Part shown: piece by piece, positions 34,700 through 40,711 of the stretch
How positions within the stretch are numbered: the stretch's first letter is position 1
Layout of the letters: each line of letters opens with the position of its first letter
Virus record (IMG/VR): IMGVR_UViG_3300037589_000063
Coordinates: 1 to 40,711 of that record
Strand: one strand, 5' to 3'
DNA: 40,711 nt
Source: a virus
Lineage: Duplodnaviria; Caudoviricetes
Notes under the pieces: model-generated
Seen by the model: only the letters and a program-made list of their open reading frames with translations
Told to the model about the DNA's origin: nothing
The model's database searches: none
Translations under genes and position numbers: made by a program

Positions 34700-36907
34700 T
34701 CAGAACATCTTGAGCGTGTTTTCGAGCCCGAAATCCTCCATGCAATCCTTCATGGACTGATATGATCCGGTCGCCTGGAAGCGGGTCAGCTTGCCTGCCG
34801 TCGCGTCATCCAGCTCGTCACCTGCGGCAATCCGCTCTTCCATCTTGAGCGCCCACTTGAACATCCTGGCGGTGTCGGTGAGCATCGCATCCGGGTCGAT
34901 CGGGATAACCTTCGAGGTACCCTTGAATTCGTGTTCGCGCTTGATCGCTTCGTGCAGCTCGGCAGCGCGCTCGTTGAGCGGCCGGGCCTCCTTGCGGCGC
35001 AGCGGTTCGGTCACGGCGTCCAGTGCTGCGGCTATCTCCGGTGTCGAGTGTTCCTCGGTGTGCTTGGGCAGTGCCACCACGTTTGGCAGGTCGCGGGTTG
35101 CGACCTCCAGCGTCCGCTCGATCAGCGATGGCCCCTTCAGGAGTTGGGAGATTTCGCGCTTGATCGGATCGGTGCGTTCCTTGATAAGTTCGGCATTGAG
35201 TTGCTTGCGGGCCTTCTCGAATGTTTCCGGGTGAATGCCACGCAGTTCCGGGCAGGTAGCCGTTCCCAGATACTCGTCCCGGCCGATCGAGAAGACATGC
35301 GCCAGCCCCTTGTCGTTGGGGTCCATCCGCACGAACACGTCCATACCCGGCATCAACCAGCCTTCGCGGTAGTGGTTGCCGTCGATTCGGATGCCGAACT
35401 TCGTGACGCGGCGGGTGCCGTTGCCGCCAACAGCGGGCATCAGAAGCACATCGAGCGCGCGCTCATCGACCGTCCGCATGGTGTGTGCCGAGGCGGCAGC
35501 GGCCTGAAACGGAGAGCGGCCGTCAAGCCCGGTGTGCGGTTGATGATCATAGACCTTCGCGCACCATTCATCCGACAGCACCTGCAACTCCGCTCCCGAG
35601 AGGGTAACGTTGAAAGCTTCCGCCGTGTCCTGGCCAAGCCGGGCCGCAAAACTCTTGCGATCCTCGATCGCCTTGCGGTCACTCACGTTGTGCCCGACAT
35701 AGCCCTGCACAAGCGCCACGAACTGATGCTGATACGTCTTGATGGCCCGTTCGACGTGACCCTTCTGGGCCGGGCTGTAGGCGTCCGAAAGATCTGCCTC
35801 GATGCCAAGCGCCGCAAAAAGGCGGTCGGTTTCTCGCGCGGTGAAGTCCGAACCGTTGTCTGTCTTGATGGTGTCGGGAACGCCCCAGGCGAGGATCGCC
35901 TTTCGGATCAGCAGGCCAACTGCAGAGGCGCGCGGCGTCTTCGAGATGTAGGGCATGAACCGCCGCGTCGCGATGTCGACACAGACATAGACCGAATGAC
36001 GGCCATCGGTGCAGAACGCGTCGACCGGCGAGGCGTCGATCTGCCAGAGCGCATTGGGCACGGTAATGTGCTTGAGCGTTCCGGTACCGGACGGCAGCAT
36101 TGTCGAGCGGAACCTATCGGGGTTGGTAAGCTTCAGAAGCTCGACCTGATGGTCCTGCTTCAGGCCCTTCAGAAAGTGCTGGAAGGTTCTGACCGGCGGC
36201 ATGTCCTGCGATATCTCGCCCGCTTTCGTCGGCACGGTCAGCCGATCGCCGAACTCGGAGCGGCAAAGCGTCAGCACCTGCTTGGCCGACAGGTGCGGCT
36301 GGTGTGCGATCAGTCCGAGAATGAAGGACTTCACCGCGCCCCCGTTTGCCGTCTCAAGCGCCCCGCTGCCCTTGCGACCTTTGGAGCGATCGACGGCAAG
36401 CTTGTTGGCGTTCTTCTTTGCTGCCGAACGCCAGCGCATAATCGTCCGTGGCGAGATCGACGGAATGGTGTCCCGCAACCAGCCGGCCACCTGCAGCGAG
36501 CGATTGTTGTATTTGATCGAGAACAGGTGAAGCGCCGTTGCCGGTGCCCGGCCCTTGGCGCGCAGGCCCTTCAGGAAGTCGTCATAGGCAGCGAGAATGG
36601 CAAGCCGGGCATCCCGCTCGGTCCGGGCGCGCGCCGACAGGCCTTCGCCCGAAAGCTCGGCTCCCTTTGGCTCTGTCGGCCCTTCACCGCCGATCAGCTT
36701 GTACCGCTGCATATAGGCGATCTGTGCCGCGACCGGCAGGATCAGGTACCAGTATTCCAGACCGCCGCCACGGGCCTGTCTTTGCCGGGCATAGGGGTGG
36801 TCGTTCCAGCCGAGGCGCTCAGCGGTCAATTGAACGCCTCGTTCTGTTTCCGGCATTTCCGGCAGGTTCTCGGCGGCGATTTCCCGCGCTGTCAGCCACT
36901 CCTTCAT
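34700..36907 (-). CDS. muA: MuA-like DDE transposase
   Basis: Start MKEWLTAREIA at 36907 (Mu-type N-terminal HTH, GGGLEY). Catalytic WQIDASP, KTDNGSDF and KGHVER; C-terminal Mu-transposase domain. Confidence 0.96.
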   Translation of the reverse strand: MKEWLTAREIAAENLPEMPETERGVQLTAERLGWNDHPYARQRQARGGGLEYWYLILPVAAQIAYMQRYKLIGGEGPTEPKGAELSGEGLSARARTERDARLAILAAYDDFLKGLRAKGRAPATALHLFSIKYNNRSLQVAGWLRDTIPSISPRTIMRWRSAAKKNANKLAVDRSKGRKGSGALETANGGAVKSFILGLIAHQPHLSAKQVLTLCRSEFGDRLTVPTKAGEISQDMPPVRTFQHFLKGLKQDHQVELLKLTNPDRFRSTMLPSGTGTLKHITVPNALWQIDASPVDAFCTDGRHSVYVCVDIATRRFMPYISKTPRASAVGLLIRKAILAWGVPDTIKTDNGSDFTARETDRLFAALGIEADLSDAYSPAQKGHVERAIKTYQHQFVALVQGYVGHNVSDRKAIEDRKSFAARLGQDTAEAFNVTLSGAELQVLSDEWCAKVYDHQPHTGLDGRSPFQAAAASAHTMRTVDERALDVLLMPAVGGNGTRRVTKFGIRIDGNHYREGWLMPGMDVFVRMDPNDKGLAHVFSIGRDEYLGTATCPELRGIHPETFEKARKQLNAELIKERTDPIKREISQLLKGPSLIERTLEVATRDLPNVVALPKHTEEHSTPEIAAALDAVTEPLRRKEARPLNERAAELHEAIKREHEFKGTSKVIPIDPDAMLTDTARMFKWALKMEERIAAGDELDDATAGKLTRFQATGSYQSMKDCMEDFGLENTLKMF

Positions 36908-37242
36908 GACCGGCCTCCCTGGATGATGGGAGCAAGGCGATAGACCAGCTTTGCCGTGTCGCCGGAGGGAAGCTTGCTTGTGACTTCGTAACCAAAAGGC
37001 CGCAGCCTCTTGTTCAACTGGCTCATTCGAACCGAGATCACGTTGAAGCTTTCTGGCCCACCATCCACGCGATGGCCGTAAAGCGCCTGAAATAGCGCGT
37101 CCCGCGTTTTCCACCGGCCAATAGAAAGCAAATCGATCAAATCCCGCATGGGGCCAGAGAACCGTTCCGCTACCTCTTCTACGGTGAAGGCGACTTCAGT
37201 TTCGTTGCCGCAGCACGGACACATGAAGAGAGCGTCGGTCAT
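36904..37242 (-). CDS. Winged-helix DNA-binding protein with N-terminal CPCCG
   Basis: L...LYG....GGPE...VISV.MSQLNKRL..FG...YRL resembles an OmpR-type C-terminal wHTH. Confidence 0.7.
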   Translation of the reverse strand: MTDALFMCPCCGNETEVAFTVEEVAERFSGPMRDLIDLLSIGRWKTRDALFQALYGHRVDGGPESFNVISVRMSQLNKRLRPFGYEVTSKLPSGDTAKLVYRLAPIIQGGRS

Positions 37243-37475
37243 CCGTCTCTCCTTTCGAAGGCGATCTGATGGACAGGCATACGAACACTCGTCTTCCGAC
37301 GCTCGCCTCGACGGCAGAGCCAGTCCGCTTTTTCGAATTTTATGGTGACCTCACCTGTCCTGGCGTGAAGCTTGGTCACCTGACCGTCATGCTCGTAACC
37401 TGCAAAATCGAACAGCACGTGGTCGAAAAGATCGACCGCATAATCGTCGCAATACCGCAGCTCATCAGCCATCAC
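37239..37475 (-). CDS. Hypothetical protein
   Basis: 78-aa ORF with coupled overlaps. Confidence 0.55.
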   Translation of the reverse strand: MMADELRYCDDYAVDLFDHVLFDFAGYEHDGQVTKLHARTGEVTIKFEKADWLCRRGERRKTSVRMPVHQIAFERRDG

Positions 37476-37690
37476 GCCACCGTCTTCTTTGCCGCGATCA
37501 TCGCGCGAATTTCGTTCTCGTGTTCCTGGAGAAACATCAGGCTCGCCCGTACAGCCTGGATACGCTGCATCAGCAGATCAGCCTCGGCCTGACGCATTTT
37601 TCCCTTGCGCATCTGCTCCGGGTAGACCCGCTGCCGCAGCGCGATTTCGCGGTCGATCTCCGCGATCTGTCCAATCAGTGAAACCTTCAT
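37472..37690 (-). CDS. Conserved phage hypothetical protein
   Basis: QIAEIDREIALRQRVYP....GKM...EAD motif. Confidence 0.7.
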   Translation of the reverse strand: MKVSLIGQIAEIDREIALRQRVYPEQMRKGKMRQAEADLLMQRIQAVRASLMFLQEHENEIRAMIAAKKTVA

Positions 37691-38151
37691 CGCCGTGCCC
37701 TCAGTTTTGCTTCAAGCGCCTGCCGTCTGGTGACGACATCGCGTTCGTGTTCTTCAATCAGGTGGAGTTCGATCAGGTCGCCGTACCGCTCGGGGACAGC
37801 GACCAGGCCAAAGCTGGAAACGACCAGACTCACGAGGTCATGTGCCTGTGTCGCATCGATCAGCGCCACGAAGGCGTCGAGTGTGATCCGGTTACTGTCC
37901 GCTGCTTCCGAGGCCCACTTGTTCAGCATGTCCTCGGAGATCGGCCGGCCCAGATACTCGCTCATGGACTTGGCAATCGCGGCGCGCTTGATGTCGCGCG
38001 CCTTGGCTTCCCTGAGCGCCTGCGAGATCGCCCGCGAAATCCGGTTGTCGAGCGCGCCGCGCCCGGTCACTTCTTCGCCATAGCCGACGGCCACTTTCGG
38101 CGGCTGCCAGTCGAACAGATCGGAAGTGAGCGTGTCGCGGCGCTTGCTCAT
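37687..38151 (-). CDS. Conserved Mu-like early protein (CII-like HTH)
   Basis: Start MSKRRD at 38151. IA..MS.YLG..IS..MLNKWASEA motif. Confidence 0.75.
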   Translation of the reverse strand: MSKRRDTLTSDLFDWQPPKVAVGYGEEVTGRGALDNRISRAISQALREAKARDIKRAAIAKSMSEYLGRPISEDMLNKWASEAADSNRITLDAFVALIDATQAHDLVSLVVSSFGLVAVPERYGDLIELHLIEEHERDVVTRRQALEAKLRARR

Positions 38152-38993
38152 CAGGCGGCTTGCCTCTCGGCCAGCATGTCTTCGATCATGTCCCAGTGCT
38201 CGACGATGAACCGACGCTTGGCCGCTTCCGGAAGCTTGTTGAACTGGTCGGAAACACGCGCCCAAGGCTCCGGCTTCGCCTCTCGCGGCACCCGGTCAAG
38301 GATGGCGATGGCGCCAGCCACGTCATGCGCTGCAGGCGGCTCCGACAACAGAAGTCCGGCAATCGCGGATTGCCGCTCATCCGTCTGAGCGCAGAGCGCC
38401 AGCAACTCGGATTGGTTGTTGGCGATCTTGTGCAGCGAAAGCCGGATCCGGACGTCGTCATTGATCCGGGCAATCCGCAGGCTGCGCTTGATAGCATCCT
38501 TGTTCATTCCAAGCGCCGCCTGGGCGGCTTCCGAGAAGCTGGAGGCGAACAGCTCCGCCTGTGCGTCGAGCAGCTCGTCGGAATTAGGGGCAGATTTGCC
38601 CCTAATTGATTTCTTGCCCGGTTTGATCGCACCTGCGGCCTGCTCATATGCCTCACGCCAGCGGGCAACATCCCGCGCCTTGTCCAGCACACTGAGCCCG
38701 CGCGTCATGAAGTTCGCGGCGATCTCCCGAAGTGTCGCCTCGGTATCGCTCGCCACCTCGGCTGCGGTCTTGATCTTGGCTGTGACGTGAAGCTCGCCCC
38801 GAATGGCGCGGGCATTCAGCCGGTGCAGCCCGTCGATCAGCCTGAAGCGGTCGCCCGCTTCGACTACTTCGATCGGATTGATCTGGCCGTTCCGGACCAT
38901 GTCGGCGGCCAGCGCCTCGGCCCATTTCGGGTCGCCGACACGCCGGCCCTTGGTGATGTCGATCAGATCGATTTCGATATCTTCAATACGCAT
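38151..38993 (-). CDS. ParB N-terminal domain protein
   Basis: LA.DM...GQINPI.V, FRLIDGLHRL.A, and EIAANF..R.LS motifs. Confidence 0.88.
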   Translation of the reverse strand: MRIEDIEIDLIDITKGRRVGDPKWAEALAADMVRNGQINPIEVVEAGDRFRLIDGLHRLNARAIRGELHVTAKIKTAAEVASDTEATLREIAANFMTRGLSVLDKARDVARWREAYEQAAGAIKPGKKSIRGKSAPNSDELLDAQAELFASSFSEAAQAALGMNKDAIKRSLRIARINDDVRIRLSLHKIANNQSELLALCAQTDERQSAIAGLLLSEPPAAHDVAGAIAILDRVPREAKPEPWARVSDQFNKLPEAAKRRFIVEHWDMIEDMLAERQAA

Positions 38994-39011
38994 TGAAACA
39001 CCTTTGAAGGG

Positions 39012-39272
39012 TCAGTGAATGCGGGTCGGCCAATTGCGGCGCGCCCCGATGATAATTGCGCCCACAACGCAAGCGACGCCGAAGACGACACCGATCGAAA
39101 ACGCGGCCCAGAATGCGCCAGGCATCTTCGAGGCGATCACCATCGCCGTCACGGTTGTGGCCAGAGCCGCGAGGATGACGCCGGCAATCAGTCCGAGTGT
39201 CATCACTTCACCGGGCGAAGCCCTGACGGATGAGTTGGCATCGGCTGAGAAAAACGAGTGGTCTTTCGTCAT
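39012..39272 (-). CDS. Small two-TM membrane protein
   Basis: Start MTKDH at 39272, right after the ner stop; two hydrophobic helices. Confidence 0.6.
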   Translation of the reverse strand: MTKDHSFFSADANSSVRASPGEVMTLGLIAGVILAALATTVTAMVIASKMPGAFWAAFSIGVVFGVACVVGAIIIGARRNWPTRIH

Positions 39273-39273
39273 C

Positions 39274-39573
39274 TCACGCCGCCTTTCCGTCAGCGCGGCC
39301 GCCGTCTTTTTGACTCGCCTTGCCCTTTGTCTTGCTGGTAGTCTCCGAGGCGTCGTGACGGCCAAGCGTGTAGCTGTCGGGAAAGAGTTCGCGGAACGGA
39401 ATGCCAAGGGCCTCGGCAATTGCCTCGGCCCCCGGCCTACTCGCTCCGATGATTCCCGCGCGGCAAGCGCTGTCGTAAAGGCCGGCATCGCGGGCTATTC
39501 CGGTCAGGGTTTTGCCCTGCCGCAGCAGTTCCGCCTTGATGGCCGCGCGATCCCACTTCTTGGTGATCGTCAT
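39274..39573 (-). CDS. ner: Ner-like (cro-equivalent) regulator
   Basis: Start MTITKK at 39573 with GGAG RBS. WD.AAIKAEL...G.TL..IA...E.IAEALG....ELFP..Y. Confidence 0.9.
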   Translation of the reverse strand: MTITKKWDRAAIKAELLRQGKTLTGIARDAGLYDSACRAGIIGASRPGAEAIAEALGIPFRELFPDSYTLGRHDASETTSKTKGKASQKDGGRADGKAA

Positions 39574-39648
39574 GATTGCTCCCTTTTTTCTGACCTCTGC
39601 GAAAGGTCGGTTGGTTGGGGGTATTGGTTCAAACAATGTCGCAACCGG

Positions 39649-39812
39649 ATAATAGCAATATCATGCCAATAAACAAGCTAGATATTGCCGATATCCCAGT
39701 TCGGAGTTCTAAAGCTCGATTAAACGCTGATATAATGCTTAATTTATTGATTTAATTGGCGTTATCTTGCCGTTTACGAGCTCAATCGAACTCCGAAGAG
39801 AGTTCGGAGTTC
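39649..39812. promoter_or_regulatory. Immunity/control region: divergent Pe and Pc promoters, IHF site and operator repeats
   Basis: Minus-strand CTTGTT-N17-TATTAT (39677-39649). Plus-strand extended -10 TGATATAAT (39728-36). IHF consensus AATCAATAAATTA (39752-40). AGTTCGGAGTTC at 39698 and 39801, with an inverted copy at 39788. GCAATATC/GATATTGC dyad. Confidence 0.7.
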
Positions 39813-39816
39813 GCGC

Positions 39817-40518
39817 ATGAGCGATGAGACCATTGCCGATCGCGTCAAAAAGCACGTACCGGGTCGGAAGAAATCCGAATCAGCAAGAAAATGCGGAATC
39901 CCGCCAAAGACGTTCGCTTCTTATTTGGAGGGCGTTGAGCCATCAGCTACAAACCTGGCCAAAATCGCCAAGGGCTTAGGGCTTGGGCTGGAATGGCTGA
40001 TTACGGGCGAAGGGCCTGAACTTCAGGAGGATTCCGGGTCGCCGGCCGCTGGGGGTGCCAGCCAAGGCGGGATGTTGATGATACCCCAAGCCGGGGCGAC
40101 CGAGGGATTCGCCCTTGTTCCGCGCCTGGACATTCAGGCGTCAGCCGGCAATGGACGCGTCGCTTTGAACGAGGAACCTCTGGAATACCTGGCTTTTCAG
40201 GCTGCTTGGCTGCGCGGGCGCGGCATCAATCCGGCGAGTGCCCGGATCCTGACTGCGCGTGGCGATTCCATGGAGGAGACCATCCGCGATGGCGACGTTC
40301 TCCTCGTTGACACCTCGATAGACCGCGTGCGCGACAACTCGATCTATGTGGTCGTTCTAGGCGATATGGTCTTGGTAAAGCGCGTCCACGGCCGAATCAA
40401 CGGCTCACTGCAGCTGATCAGCGACAACCCGCGCTACCCGGCCGAGGAAGTCCCGAAGGGTGAGGTTGACCAGCTCCATATTGCCGGCCGCGTTGCCTGG
40501 TATGGTCGCTCTATCTAA
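39817..40518 (+). CDS. CI/LexA-like repressor (HTH plus S24 peptidase domain)
   Basis: N-terminal HTH (LEWLITGEG), ASAG.G cleavage site, GDSM (catalytic Ser), VKR (catalytic Lys), and SDNP.Y. Divergent from ner. Confidence 0.93.
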   Translation: MSDETIADRVKKHVPGRKKSESARKCGIPPKTFASYLEGVEPSATNLAKIAKGLGLGLEWLITGEGPELQEDSGSPAAGGASQGGMLMIPQAGATEGFALVPRLDIQASAGNGRVALNEEPLEYLAFQAAWLRGRGINPASARILTARGDSMEETIRDGDVLLVDTSIDRVRDNSIYVVVLGDMVLVKRVHGRINGSLQLISDNPRYPAEEVPKGEVDQLHIAGRVAWYGRSI

Positions 40519-40703
40519 CTGCCATCCGAACTTGCGCGACACCTGCCCGGCAACCCGCCCCACTGCCAAGTGTTCTTGCGCGCCGGTTTTTCGCGTGTCA
40601 GCCGGCCGCCTGTCGCAATCCATTGTTTTTTATAGGCGTTTACCCTGTTTTACCGGGGATTCCCACGCTTTCCCATAATTGCCAGGTGATCTTACGCCTT
40701 ACA
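40517..40703 (-). repeat. Phage left end: three transposase-binding sites (L3, L2, L1) and terminal CA
   Basis: AACTGCCATCCGAACTTGCGCGAC (40517), CACTGCCAAGTGTTCTTGCGCGCC (40561), and AATTGCCAGGTGATCTTACGCCTTACA (40677-40703). Confidence 0.8.
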
Positions 40704-40711
40704 GCTTATCA

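Larger units (their letters stand above)
75..40703 (-). mobile_element. Complete Mu-like transposable phage/prophage with contractile tail
   Basis: Mu gene order (repressor/ner/A/B ... gemA/mor ... gp25-gp48). Imperfect inverted termini: TGTAGCGCGCAAAATCGAATGGC at 75 (+) versus TGTAAGGCGTAAGATCACCTGGC at 40703 (-). Confidence 0.93.

Noticed and set aside
39698-39812. GTTC repeats as an alphaproteobacterial LexA box
   Set aside because: Spacing is GTTC-N3-GTTC, not GTTC-N7-GTTC.
40704-40711. Window-terminal CA as the phage end
   Set aside because: Alignment with the opposite terminus and the L1 repeat places the end at ACA 40701-40703.
1-40711. CRISPR array, DGR/retron reverse transcriptase, invertible segment, IS insertion
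   Set aside because: No repeat-spacer array, RT motifs, serine invertase or additional transposase seen by eye.

Overview
The window holds an apparently complete Mu-like transposable phage of about 40.6 kb, from TG at 75 to CA at 40703, with short non-phage flanks. The host is probably a GC-rich alphaproteobacterium (inferred, not proven). Nearly all genes are on the minus strand. Read from right to left, the order is: left end with three transposase-binding repeats; repressor (the only + strand gene); ner; ParB-like gene; MuA and MuB; small early genes; gemA; an adenine MTase; Mor/C activator; lysis genes; terminase; portal; head; contractile tail; tail fibre; two D12-class adenine MTases in place of com/mom; a membrane-protein moron; right end. 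There is no gin or invertible segment. The strongest novel candidate is a MuF/gp30 head protein carrying a C-terminal BECR-like (colicin E5/D-type) RNase domain with no protein immunity gene. It is followed by a ~71-nt convergently transcribed tRNA-like RNA with its own sigma70 promoter and a tRNA-Asp(GUC)-like anticodon stem-loop, a possible RNA decoy antitoxin. Other non-coding signals are a cloverleaf RNA next to the dam-like gene, four copies of a late-promoter dyad (two predicting leaderless mRNAs), a -1 frameshift in the tail chaperone, a hairpin switch after the capsid gene and a candidate central gyrase site. All family assignments come from motif recognition and synteny by eye; no database searches were run.
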